Assembly: GCF_006345805.1 (NCBI RefSeq)
Contig: NC_042998.1
Span: 6,448,001-6,512,000, forward strand
Reading direction: 5' to 3'
DNA length: 64,000 bases
Origin: Octopus sinensis
Lineage: Eukaryota
The translations under genes were made by a program, and so were the position numbers. Below are positions 37,063-49,547 of the stretch, in pieces; the stretch's first letter is position 1; every line of letters starts with the position of its first letter. The notes beneath the pieces were generated by a model, which was not told where the DNA came from, did no database searches, and worked only from the letters and a program-made list of their open reading frames with translations.

Positions 37063-37640
37063 ATGCCCTGATGCAGTACCAGGCAGTGGCTCACATGGAT
37101 TCTGATCTTAACTGATTGGAAGTGTTATCATATACATTGTTTTGTCTTGGTATAAAAGATGGGCTACAGCAAATATTCTGCTCAATACCACAGATTTGCT
37201 TGTCAGTTGTTTGACCTTAACCAGTTGAGCATGTCCCTTAGTGGCGGATGATATGTGCATCTCTGATCACGAGCAGAAGTAGTGGGGGAGCATCATAGCC
37301 ATGTGTTGAGACGAATTCTTGGGGGTTTGAAGAATTCCCCTCTGGAAACATGGGTGTTTCGTTCAACATCCTTAATCAACCCTTATTCAGGGACCTTTTG
37401 AGCGGAATTGGTTACTCGACCAGAAGAAAATTCTAACTAAGTCCCACCTGCAAGGTCATGTGCTGTTTATCTTGATATGAGATCACCATGCCACGCACAC
37501 TCAGTTGTGATGCATGTGCCTGGTGTACCCTTATCAGACGGGTAGTCATGATGGGTATAGTGGGCTTCGTATATTTTACCCCAGTGTCACTTTGATGGCA
37601 TGCACTTCTCTCTCACTCAATAATAATAATAATAATAATG
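37063..37640 (+). mobile_element. Family F repeat, ~570 bp, flanked by (TAA)n on both sides
   Basis: Second partial copy at 25219-25477; no tRNA boxes and no ORF seen. Confidence 0.75.
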
Positions 37641-38648
37641 ATGATGATCTGCATTTTATAAAAGCATTTTTCATGAAACCAAGGGAACCTCTCTGTAGTT
37701 GCTCAGCCAACTAGAAATAGCAGCTATAGCTCTCTTATAAAACCAAAAGAGAGTAAGCACTGGATAATGTGATTCTAAACCGAATGCATCTGACATAAAA
37801 ACAGCAATTCACTGATGAAATGTCCTATGAGTATAGGTTCCCCCAGATCAGGTCTGGCCTGGAGCTAAATAACATTACTTCTTTGAAACAGAAGCAAATT
37901 ACCACATAGATAGTTTACTAGACATGACAGATCTATTAATAAATTATTGATGTTTTGTTCCAATGTTATACTCTACTACAGAATATATCTATAAATTTCA
38001 GCCAACACTGCATATCACAAACAGATGTATAAACACCATATCTACCTATTATTATAAGGTGATGGGTTGGCAGAGTCTTAAGAGCATCAGTTAGAATGTC
38101 TCACAGCATTTGTTCCAATTCTTTGCACAATGAGTTCAAATCTTGCCAAGCTTAGCTCTCCTCATTAGTGGTAGCTTAGTGAAACTTTTACAATTCCAGA
38201 CAGAATATGCTGCAGTATTTATTCCAGCTTTTTCCATTCAAGCAAGAATACTTGCAATGACATTGGTGGCAAGTTGTGTCAGTCTCTTGCATCCATCCAC
38301 CCTTCTCTGCCCACTTTCCTGGGAGGATCAGTGGGGAGGGAGAGTCCTCAGGGAAAAGGGCCCATTTCCAGAGGGGCCTATCAGAAGTAACTGTCACTGG
38401 GCTTTCCAACTCTCCAGGTCATGTTGCTTTGAGAAACCACAACTCCAGCACTGAAAAAACGTGACTGGAAGAGAATATATTTAAATACATTATCCAGCGT
38501 GTCCTTCTTTCTGTTTTTTTAAGACGGTAGGATATGATTTGAGGGAGTTTTGGCTGCTACAGTTGACAGGTTAAACAGCTAGATTGAGGTTTCCCATGAA
38601 GAAAGTACGATTACATTGCTTTATCAATCACTTTATTTATGGTATTAA

Positions 38649-38868
38649 CCCTTTAGTGTTTAAACCGGCCATACCAGGCCAAAATTGTCTGACTGTTTTA
38701 TGCTCAAACCAGCTAGCTCTGACCTCTCACACCTACCCTACAAAGTCATTCTAAAAATAAACAGGGACATCATCAAAATCTCAGAGTTACAAGATGCTGT
38801 ACAATTAATTTAAAACAATGTAATTAAACAGGCTTTTCATTTGACAGAGTAATCTGAATGCTAAAGGG
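38649..38868. mobile_element. piggyBac-like MITE family 1
   Basis: TTAA at 38645-38648 and 38869-38872; CCCTTTAG TIR. Confidence 0.88.
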
Positions 38869-39724
38869 TTAAAGAAGAAATGAAACAAATTTACAGCATT
38901 GTAGTTTTGCTTCTTCAACACAACACACCTATACCTATTTGGTTCACACAGAACAGAAAATCCCCTAAAATTCTTTATATTACTCATTTAAGAATCATTC
39001 AAAGCCATGTTGCCAATATATCTCATATTCTTGCACAACAGTTCGGTTCCAGAAATATCTAAATTGCTCAGATAAAATTGTCTCTTTACTTAACACCAAA
39101 ACAAAAAAAAAAAAAATTGAAATAACTGGCAAAGAGGAATATAGAATCAATAAAAGAAAATCTTTCTTTTTGTTTTTTTTCTTTTGGTGGAATATTTGAT
39201 TTACAGATTTCCCAAGGAAAATGGAACAAAGCTGATAAATATATTAATAGCAACATTAATAGCAACCCTCCACAGAAAGAAGTCGATACAAAGTTACACA
39301 GAACATATTTCCTAATTAATAAATTATGAAAAACTAGTGTAAAAAAGCTCTGAGTGTAATCAAATATTGAGCTGCTTTATTATTGCTGTATCAATACAGA
39401 AATGCTCATAATCCAATATTGACTTAGTTAATAAGAATGGAATTAAATGAATAAATAATTATTTACATATATATATATATATATACATATGTAGATATAG
39501 ATAGAAAGATAACATTCACACACACACACGTAACTTCACTGAAAACAAAAACAAGGCATAAAAGGGCTTCAATGAGAAACTGTGTGAGAAGAACGTGTAG
39601 AAGTGGGAGCAACTACCCCACTAGCATGTTTATTTCACAAGCAGGATCAACTGAAACCCTTATCATCATAACCAATGAAGTGCCAGAATAAATGCATATA
39701 TATATATATATATATATATATGTT

Positions 39725-39985
39725 GCAAGCCTCGCCTGGCCCCCGTGCCGGTGGCACGTAAAAAGCACCATCCGTCCGTGGCCGTTTGCCAGCTCCATCT
39801 GGCACGTAAAAAGCACCCACTACACTCATGGAGTGGTTGGCATTAGGAAGGGCATCCAGCCGTAGAAACATTGCCAGATCAGACTGGGCCTGATGCAGCC
39901 TTCTGGCTTCCCAGACCCCGGTCGAACCCTCCAACCCATGCTAGCATGGAAAGCGGACGCTAAATGATGATAATGATGATGATGA
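39725..39985 (+). mobile_element. SINE family B
   Basis: Partial internal units, 3' block and (GAT)n tail. Confidence 0.85.
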
Positions 39986-40077
39986 TATATATATATGATT
40001 TCAATATATAACCGCGTGTGTATTATTGACACTTTTCTTTCTCCGTCTTCCCTTCCTTGGACCTTTCCTTTTTCTAT

Positions 40078-40112
40078 GTTTCTGACGAAGAGCTCCGCTC
40101 GAAACATTAAAT
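40078..40112 (+). ncRNA. Minimal type I hammerhead motif in a Penelope-like remnant (~39997-40212)
   Basis: GUUU-CUGACGA-A-GAGC UCC GCUC-GAA-AC AU-U-AAAU. Core intact; stem III G16.2 replaced by A. Confidence 0.7.
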
Positions 40113-40670
40113 CCTCCTTCTTTCTTCCCTTTCCTGAGCGTCCAATAACACTATACTTGTTCCATGTCCTCGCGTTGCTGTTTTTTTCTCTTTGTTCATG
40201 TTTGGATTAACTATATATATGTATGTATGTATATATTAGTTATGGGGTTCAATATAATCTAGGCACATCAACATGCAGGACACCAGAAATGGCTAGGTAC
40301 AATAATATAGGCTTCACAGGGAGGTGCAACAACCATGAAGCTATCAAGTATTGGTAGGACACTGTAGATATGTAAGTACCAACTCCAATTAAAAACACAG
40401 ATACCTGAGAGCTGGTACAAGGTATGGTGTAAGCATAAAAATAGACGACTTAAAATTTAAACTTCATTTGTGTTCTTTTAAATATGTAAGACTATGACCC
40501 CTCTAAACAACCAGCCTGAACCCCATACTGTGGCATACTCATGACATTTGATGCTTCCTCGTGAACTCCCACTGTCCCCCCAAGGGGACACAATTGTCTA
40601 TATTCAGACCACTCGTGTAAACTGGTTTTCAGGGATGATGCAATATCTCACTAAGTCTTCTATACTATTT

Positions 40671-40980
40671 TAATCTTTCTCGAAAGAGCTATTCTTCACT
40701 CCTGCTCCAGAGCGTCGGCTGCGGGGTCACTCCGAAAAGCTCTATCTGCGACGATTTCATCTCAATCGAAGGAGAGGGGCTTTCTCCGTCCGGGTTGCGG
40801 ATCTGTGGAATAAGCTGCCGGACAAGATAGTGAAGATGCCGATGACCACTCGGTTCAAAGTATCTCTTGACCAGAAATGGCCTGAACTCTTTGCATGAAC
40901 ACCCTCTCTGTACATAACTCCATCTCCCCCTACATGGCCTTGCTTTTTGCTTTTTGAGCCAAAAAATTAACTTAACTTAA
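40671..40980 (+). mobile_element. CR1 LINE 3' fragment, (TTAAC)n subfamily
   Basis: Homologous to 23226-23560. Confidence 0.92.
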
Positions 40981-41740
40981 TCAGCTCGCTCAACTCATAT
41001 CATATCTTATAAAATAAATTATAGAAAACAGGAAAGGATATTAGATAATGTGATCTTAACTACTCACTAAAATAAGAATACAAATCACGGTTAGAATGTC
41101 TTCAATCATAGATGTACTTAGCCAGGGGTTACCTATAGCCAAGCAACAACTCCAGAGTAACAAACCACGACAGTAGCCCTATGTTAATGGGTACTATAAT
41201 GATCTATTAATCTTCCAGCTTATCTCAAACATGATTATAGTGCTTTTTTTATTAGAGTGTAATGCATTTTTCTTCAGATTATATAAAACTTAATGTAAAT
41301 ACTCATTTAATTCTCTTCATTGATTCTGTTTATTTATTTCTATGACTTTGCAGATTTTGGCAGAAATCTAGTTAAGCAATGCATTTTACATTTTTCTAAC
41401 TTACCTCTAGGTGAAGTTTGAGAAAATATGAAATTAAAAACTGAATTTTTCGCATGTGATTTCAAGTGATAAATAAAGTATTGCACCTGACAGAGTAATC
41501 TGAATGCTAAAGGGTGAAACCCTTTTAAGTAGTAACTCAAGAGTACCACAACCACAACTGAAACCAGTAAGAGAGAAGAGAAAAAAAAGGGGGAAAAAAA
41601 AAAACAAAGAAAAAAGTATTCAGATAAGGGGGGAAATGATTGTTAAGATACAGAGAAATTTAAGTTCACTGCATAATAGGCACAAATGAAAAATACTTGC
41701 TGATTCAGAAAAATATTTTTCTACATAGCTGCAAGTTTTA

Positions 41741-41771
<31 letters not shown>

Positions 41772-42622
41772 TGATGATGATGGTGGTGGTGACTAAAACT
41801 TCAGAGATAAAAGTGAAATCAATGTATATTGAAAGAAGGAAGGCTAATTATCCTCTAACACAGCAGCTGTGTAGCGAGCTCTCTAATTATTGGTGAATCA
41901 AACAAAAACAGAAAAAAAAAAGAAACGGTACAAAAAAATGCAAAAAAGAAATTAACTTATCTCCTAAAGGATTTCAAGTACTTATATTATTTTAGAACTT
42001 ACTATAACTCAGTAAAATGTACTGGTGCACAGTTGGCAAGAGAAGGTGTAAGATCGAGGCATCTGACTTCTTATGGATGCAGCACATTCAAAAAGTCCAA
42101 CTAAAAGCATTTCTTAGGTGTTATCGCAACAAGTGAAAATGCTTCACAAAAAAACAAATTTATTGATATGAATGTATATAGGTACATAATATATACATAA
42201 AAATCTAAAGATCTATATTGATCTATAGAAAAGAAAAGTGGTAACAAAAACAAAAAAAAAACTGTGAAATCACATGAGAAAAATTCAGTTTTTAATTTTA
42301 TATTTTCTGAAACATCACCTACAGGTAAGTTAGAAAAATGTAAAACTAGATTTCTGCCAAAATCTGCAAAGTCATAGAAAAAGATAACTGAATCAATGAA
42401 GCGAATTAAATGAGTCTTCAAATTAAATTACATGTTATCTGAAAAATAAAAAGCATTACACTCTAATAAAAAGCATTATAATCAAGCTGGGAGATTAATA
42501 AACCATTTTGGTGCCCATTAACATACGGCTACTGTAGTCATTTGTTAACCCAGAATTGTTGTTTGGCCTTAGGTGATACCTCTGATTAACCCTTTCATTA
42601 CTGTATTTATTTTGAGATGCTC

Positions 42623-43114
42623 AAAATCAAATCAAAATCAAGAATCAAATCAAATTCGATGAACATCAATGGAATTTGTAGTTTTGTGGTACCAGTGCCG
42701 GTGGCACATAAGAAAACCATCCGAACGTGGCCGTAGCCAGTACCGCATCGACTGGTCTCCGTGCTGGTGGCAAGTAACAAACACCATCTGATCGTGGCCG
42801 TGCCAGCCTCACTTGGCCTCCATGCCGGTGGCACGTAAAAAACACCATCCGAGCGTGGCCGTTCGCCAGTCTCGTCTGGCACCTGTGTCGGTGGCACATA
42901 AAAAACACCATCCGAGCATGGCCGTTCACCAGCCTCGTCTGGCACCTGTGTCGGTGGCACATAAAAAGCACCCACTACACTCACGGAGTGGTTGGCATTA
43001 GGAAGGGCAGATCTGACTGGGCCTGGTGCAGCCTTCGGGCTTCCCAGACCCCAGTTGAACCGTCCAACCCATGCTAGCATGGAAAGCAGACGTTAAACGA
43101 TGATGATGATGATG
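42623..43114 (+). mobile_element. SINE family B, long copy, inserted in a family-2 MITE
   Basis: Target duplication GATGCTC at 42616-42622 and 43111-43117; 63-bp units at 42878 and 42941. Confidence 0.9.
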
Positions 43115-43262
43115 CTCTGTGTTTTTTTCCAATTACTTTAAATATAACACTTTAGTAGAAATTAAATGCAATTACCAAATGTGAACGTACATAAGATGAA
43201 CATTTTTCCTAAAAAAATGCTCTGATTCCTTTATATAAAGTTGAGATTCCTATAAGTTTTAA

Positions 43263-43483
43263 CCCTTTTATTATTCAATTTCTGTTGAGATACTCTGTGT
43301 TTCTTTCAATTAATTTTAAATATAACAAAGAATTTAGTAAAATAACTTAATTATCATTCAGCTGGTGTTAGGAGCATTAATTGTGACTAAGGTTTGGTGG
43401 AAGATTTTAATTCAAAATTTATGAAAACAAGACATTTGTACTCAAAGCCAGAGCCAGTTTCAGCCGGGTTGGTAATTAAAGGG
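43263..43483. mobile_element. piggyBac-like MITE family 2
   Basis: TTAA-CCCTTT left end and AAAGGG right end; homologous to 21430-21688. Confidence 0.8.
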
Positions 43484-44577
43484 TTGAGTAGACATTCAAT
43501 TAAAAGCATTCCAGTAGTGATTACCTTGTTGTTTTAATAAGTCACTAAGATCACATATCACATGATCTAGTATTCTTTTTTTTTTCTTTTATCTTTTTAA
43601 GATATGATATGAGCTGAAGGAGCTAATTAAATTGAGCAATAGTATATTGATGGAGGATTAAAATAGTATAGAAGACTTGGTGAGATATTGTATCATCCCT
43701 GAAAAAAACCCAGTTTACACTAGCGGTCTGGACATGGACAACTGCACCCCCTCAGGGGACACTGGGAGTTCACAAAAGAACAGCAAATGTCAACGATGTG
43801 TAATCATGTGGGGAACAAGCTGGGTGTTCAGAGGGTTCATGACCATACACACACACACATATAACGCAGAAAATAGGGATGGTATTTAATGCTTTGTAGA
43901 ACATACACACATTTCAGCAAAATTCCATAGTAATTACATAAGTTATAGAAACATTGAGCAGTCTTGTACTTCATGCAATAAAAAGCGCACTTATTGCAGG
44001 AAACTGATGAAAAATTGCATAATGCTTTAATAGTTGTTATGTAATTATTATGGCATCTTACTGAAACATGTGTATGTTCTATAAAATATTGAATACCAAA
44101 CCTGTTTAATTTCTATTGTTTCTACTATTCAGTTCATATTCAGCACACTAGCTAACCCCAATGTTTATGCCCTACATTGTACTGCACCAGATATTGGAGT
44201 GGAGTGCTGAACCCACATTTGTATTGATATGTTTGTGTGTGAGTGTGTGTGTGTGTCTATCAACATCATCATCATCGTCGTCATCGTTTAACATCTGCTT
44301 TCCATGCTAGCACAGGTGAGAGAGAGAGATACATATCGTTATTATGCAAAAGTGTCGTAAGTCCAAAACGCTGCATTTTCAGAAAATGAAAAAATAGTTT
44401 CACCATTCCAATAGCAACAGTTTCAGCTTAGAAACATTGCCAGATCAGGTTGGAGATTGGTGCAGCTGCTGGCTCACCAGTCCTCAATCAAACCATCCAA
44501 CCCATGCCAGCATGGAAAACGGATGTTAACTGATGATGATGATGATGATCTATGTATATATGACAGACTTCTTTCAG

Positions 44578-44815
44578 TTTCTTATTTCTTTACTGCCCAC
44601 AAGGGGCTACACACAGAGGAGACAAACAAGGACAGACAAATGGATTAAGTCGATTTTATCAACCCCAGTGCGTAACTGGTACTTATTTAATCGACCCCGA
44701 AAGGATGAAAGGCAAAGTCAACCTCGGCGGAATTTGAACTCAGAACGTAATGGCAGACAAAATACCGCTAAGCATTTTGCTTGGTATGCTAACGTTTCTG
44801 CCAGCTTGCCGCCTT
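44578..44815 (-). mobile_element. SINE family C
   Basis: Reverse copy, followed by a family-A head fragment to about 44945. Confidence 0.85.
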
Positions 44816-45300
44816 CTTTCAGCTTCTGTCTATCAAATCCAAACACAAGGCTTTGGTTGGCCCGAGACTATAGTAGGAGACACTTGCCCAAGGTGCCATG
44901 TCATTGGGAAGCAAGCTTCTTACCACACAGCCACACCCGAGCCTATGTTTAAACATTTGAAATTGATACAGAGGCAAACATGACTACAAGCCATTCTAGA
45001 AACATTTCTATGAGCATAGATTCTATGACAGGTGTGCCAATAGTCAAGAGGTTTCAAAATCAGGAAACATCCTCCTGACAATTCTATCTTCAATTTACCA
45101 TTGCGTAGTAAACAATATAATTAATATTTCAAACAAACTTAAAATCAAAATAATAATCAAAACACACACACACACACACACACATTAACAGGAACACTAA
45201 TACAGCATATAAGAGAGGAAAACTGCCAAAAGACGATCATACATTTAATAAACAAATGTCTTAACTTTCTTCACAACTTTAATATATATATATATATATA

Positions 45301-45699
45301 ACTAATGTAGGATAAATTCTTTTGCGGGAAAGAAATTTTATCAATGGCCAGCATATTAAAAAATACCTTCAAAGGTTAAATTTATAAATAATTTACAAAA
45401 TGAGGACAGAAGAAAAATTCTAATGCCAAATGTGCCGTAAAAAAAGACAAAAATAGTCAATAACCATTATAATTTATGTGTCTCGAAACAAACCCATAGA
45501 AATTTCTAAAAAATCCGTTATTACCGTATTGGTCCCAATTTCGGGGTTAATTCATAAGAATTTTCCCCTCTTCAGCGATAAATACGTGAAATATAAGTGA
45601 AATACTTACTCATACCCATGGAAAAAGCAATTATATTGACAATTTTTGTCTTTTTTCGGCATATTTGGCATTAGAATTTTTCTTCTGCCCTCATTTTGT

Positions 45700-45706
<7 letters not shown>
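45301..45706 (-). mobile_element. Hammerhead-bearing non-autonomous element with ~74-bp inverted repeats (45389-45462 and 45634-45706), in (TA)n
   Basis: ataatttacaaaatgaggrcagaagaaaaattctaatgccaaat... present in both orientations; (TA)n immediately on both sides. Confidence 0.7.
45521..45581 (-). ncRNA. Canonical type I hammerhead ribozyme
   Basis: Minus strand: UUAUCG-CUGAAGA-GGGG AA AAUUC UUAU GAAUU AA CCCC-GAA-AUUGG GA CCAAU-A-CGGUAA. All core nucleotides are present; predicted cleavage after AUA, between 45527 and 45526. Confidence 0.85.
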
Positions 45707-45737
<31 letters not shown>

Positions 45738-46015
45738 CACGCACAGACACACAAAATCATTTTTTTCTCTTTATTCTTTGATCTAGTTATACAAAATCCT
45801 CTTGACATCAAATAGCAGGAATATAACAATCTTGGAAAGCTATTGTTTAAAAGAGATAAAAGCAGCTTGCCTGTTTCGTTTTGGAAATCTTGTCTTACCC
45901 AACTTCTAAAACTGCACCTTGACCTCGTAAACGTGAATTATCAAGAGAATTAAAAAAAACACACCATTGTATCTAGTGAGCTGAAGAAAATTACACACAC
46001 ATACATTTATATATA

Positions 46016-46050
46016 CTAGAAGAGATACCCGGCATTGCTCGGGGTTGAGA
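46016..46050 (-). mobile_element. Helitron 3' end remnant
   Basis: Minus strand: CCCGAGCAATGCCGGG hairpin...TTCTAG followed by T. Confidence 0.7.
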
Positions 46051-46086
46051 TGGCATAGTTTGTGTGTGTATATATATATATATATA

Positions 46087-46475
46087 CTAGCAGTATCGCC
46101 CAGCATTGCTCAGGTTTGTTTTGACCCTTTAGAATTGGAATCTTTGAAAAGTAAAAAGTTTGCATTATGCAGCTTGTTATTCTCTTGAAGTGAACATTTT
46201 TCTGATTGAAATACACCAGAAAATGGCGACACAGCAGTCAAAAAATCGTAAAAAATAGGGATTTTCATAGAAAAAAAGTACCTTTTTGATGTAAAGAAAT
46301 TTTGGTGTTAACATGGTCCAATTTGGATTTTATCTTCTACTGAATGAAGAGTAAGCCTTCTTCTATCATACTCTCAATTTTGGTCAACTTGTGCCGCAGG
46401 GTCTCGGAGGAGATAGTGTTAGTTGAAGGCTACAAAACCTGCCATACACAGACAACTTCAGCTTTATATATATAT
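46087..46475 (-). mobile_element. Non-autonomous Helitron
   Basis: Minus 3' end aaacctgagcaatgctgggcgatactgCTAG-T; the 5' end fades into (TA)n near 46465-46480. Confidence 0.75.
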
Positions 46476-46668
46476 ATATATACAATAAAGGGATTCCAAA
46501 TAAAGAAGTGTTGTGCTAGACACACAAAAAGGGACACAACACTTCTTTATTTGGAAGCCCTTTATTGTATTTCTATATGAATAATATATAGTCTAATGAC
46601 TAACTCGTCTTTTGTGCTGGGTCACTGGTAATAATAAATGATTTATTTTTTATTACCCTATTTACTAT

Positions 46669-46706
<38 letters not shown>

Positions 46707-47895
46707 TACAGTTATGTTGAAACATGAGATACAGGAAAGTGCAGCATTGACAACAAAATGTTTGTGGAGTAAATGATGAGGTAATATGACTAAGCAACAT
46801 GTCGTGTGTCCGTTTGGAAGATTTCAGGTCCTAAACTGTCATGGAAAATTGGGGGTGGTGAGTGTATGAGTTTTGAATGCACACAAAAGAGACCGATAGA
46901 GTAAATACTAGACTTACAAAGAACAAGTAAAAGATGTGTGCGTTTACGTCCCCGTAACTTAGCGGTTCAGAAAAAGAGACCGATAGAATAAGTACTAGGC
47001 TCACAAAGAATAAGTCCTGGGGTCGATTTGCTCAACTAAAGGCAGTACTCCAGCATGGCCGCAGTCAAATGACTGAATCGAATGAAAGAAAATAAAAGAA
47101 TATCAAGAGGAGAAGGGGATTAGGTACCCTACACACACATACAAAGATCTTCTGACATCCCCGGTTTAGCTGTGCAATAATATCCATGTCCTTGCTTCAA
47201 AACATTATTGCCTGAATCATGGTGAAGACACTGAGCATGAAACCAGACAAATATTTTGATACAAGTGATCAAATGATCTTTCTTGTCTTTGCAACTAGAT
47301 CCCCATTAAGCCACCAAAGCATTAGTTCCCTTAATATAACTGTACGCCTAGTGACATTTGTTTTTACTTGTAGTGAATTTCTTTACACACACAACACACA
47401 AAGCTTTGAACTAAATTTATCATTAGTTTTTAATATTGCAATATTCAAAATATCTGGTTGATTCTTTGCACCAATTTTCAATAATGTTCGATGCTTTATT
47501 AATGTAACTCTATTAATAGCTGACAATAATTGACTATAAAATAAACTACATCGTAAGATAGGACTTAGTAATTAATTGGTATTTGATATATGAATTTGTT
47601 TTTTGCATTCTTGGTTAGGTTTTGTATTAATAAAAAAGAGTTATAATGCATTGACTTTTCAGCCTATTAATCAAACTGGAAAAATTATCTAATACACTTG
47701 TTTTTTGGTTTTTTTTTAATACTGCTAACGAAAGCAAACTAAATAAGATTTCCCAATTATTTATTTATGGTTTCAGGTTCAATCCAAATGCAAGGCACCT
47801 TGAGCCAATGTTCTCTACTATAGCTCTAAGTTGACCAAAGCATTCTGGCATTGTGAGTGGATTTGGTAGATGGAAACTGGAAGACCATAGGTAAA

Positions 47896-48310
47896 TGCGG
47901 CGAACTGGTAGAAACGTTAGCATGCCGGGCGAAATGGTTTGTGGCATTTCGTCCGCCGCTGCGTTCTGAGTTCAAATTCTGCCGAGGTCGACTTTGCCAT
48001 TCATCCTTTCGGGGTCGATAAATTAAGTACCAGTTACGCACTGGGGTCGATGTAATCAACTTAATCCGTTTGTCTGTCCTTGTTTGTTCTCTCTGTGTTT
48101 AGCCCCTTGTAGGTAGTAAAAAAATAGGTATTTCATCTGCCATTAAGTTCTGAGTTCAAATTCCGCCAAGGTCGACTTCACCTTTCATCTTTTCGGGGTT
48201 AATAAATTATGTACCAGATACGCACTGGTGTCAATCGAACCGACTTAATCCATTTGTCTGTCCTTGTTTGTCCCCTCTGTTTAGCCCCTTGTGGGCAATA
48301 AAGAAATAGG
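47896..48310 (+). mobile_element. SINE family C head-to-tail dimer inside an old family A-like copy
   Basis: 17-bp direct repeat GGAAACTGGAAGACCAT at 47872-47888 and 48309-48325. Confidence 0.85.
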
Positions 48311-48544
48311 AAACTGGAAGACCATTATGTGAGAGAGAGAGAGAGAGTGTGTGCATGTGTGTGTAAAAATATAAGAGGACAAAGAAATAAATGATTATCT
48401 GATGAACATTAGCTTACAGTTGTTTCTACAATCAAAGCAGATAATCATTCCTTTGTCATTTCATTTTCTTATTACTGCTCTGCACTCGACAAACACTTCA
48501 TTCATAAGCATATGTATATTGATTTCTACACCAAGATTTTAGTC

Positions 48545-48848
48545 TTGCAATGCCAAGCATGACCGATGCCAGTGCTACGTGACTGACACCCAAGCTGGTA
48601 GCATGTAAAAAGTACCATTCGAGCATGACCGATGCCAGTGACACCAGACTGGCTTCCATGCCGGTGCCACGTAAAAGCACCCTCTACACTCTCTCAGAGA
48701 GGTTAGCATTAGGAAGGGAATCCAGCTGTAGAAATCTTGCCAAATCAGACTGGAGCCTGGTGCAGCCTCCCAGATTGAGAGTTTTCAGTCAAACTGTCCA
48801 ACCCATGCCAGCATGGAAAGCGGACATTAAACAATAATGATGATGATA
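48545..48848 (+). mobile_element. SINE family B, diverged
   Basis: Internal units and 3' block. Confidence 0.8.
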
Positions 48849-48991
48849 AATATATGCTTATGTGTTTATCCTCTATCACCACATGGCAACTGGGGTCAGT
48901 TGCAACAGCTCCTTAAGTCAGCAAGTTTTCTTTTTTGCATACTGCCAATAAATATGAAACTATTTGAAGCTATTTCAGAACAAGGGTAGAC

Positions 48992-49325
48992 TTCATCATC
49001 ATCATCATCATCGTTTAACGTCCCTTTTCCGCGCTAGCATGGGTTGGACGGTTCGACCGGGGTCTGGGAAGCAGGGGGCTGCACCAGGCTCCAGTCTGAT
49101 CTGGCAGAGTTTCTACAGCTGGATGCCCTTCCTAACGCCAACCACTCCGTGAGTGTAGTGGGTGCTTTTTACGTGCCACCTGCACAGGTGCCAAGGGGGT
49201 CCGGCATCAGCCACAATCGGTTGGTGCTTTTAACGTGCCACCGGCACAGAAGCCAGCCAAGGCGGCACTGGCATCAGCCACGTTCGGATGTTGCTTTTTA
49301 TGTGACACCGGCACTGGAGCCAGTC
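48992..49325 (-). mobile_element. SINE family B
   Basis: Reverse copy, tail-to-tail with 48545-48848. Confidence 0.85.
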
Positions 49326-49547
49326 GAGGCTTAATTCCAACAATCTGTGATGTGTAGTTTATGTTCCTCTCCAATCATGGCTATTATGCAGAGACATGGC
49401 TGTGTGGTTAAGAAGCTCAAATTGCAACCACATGGTTTCAAGTCCAATCTCTTACTTCGCTTAGTGCAAGAGTCTCCTATTATAGACCCAGACTAACAAA
49501 TACCTCAAGAGTGAATTTTCTTGACAGAAACTGCTTTGAAATATATA

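Larger units (their letters stand above)
40505..43830. repeat. Old inverted duplication (arms ~40505-41465 and ~42262-43830, each with its own later insertions)
   Basis: Examples: atatctcactaagtcttctatactatttt vs aaaatagtatagaagacttggtgagatat; tttctatgactttgcagattttggcagaaatctag vs ctagatttctgccaaaatctgcaaagtcatagaaa. Confidence 0.85.

Noticed and set aside
48389-48450. 12-bp inverted repeat with CTGATGA on plus and GAAACAACTGTA on minus
   Set aside because: The two half-motifs are on opposite strands, so no complete ribozyme can be drawn.
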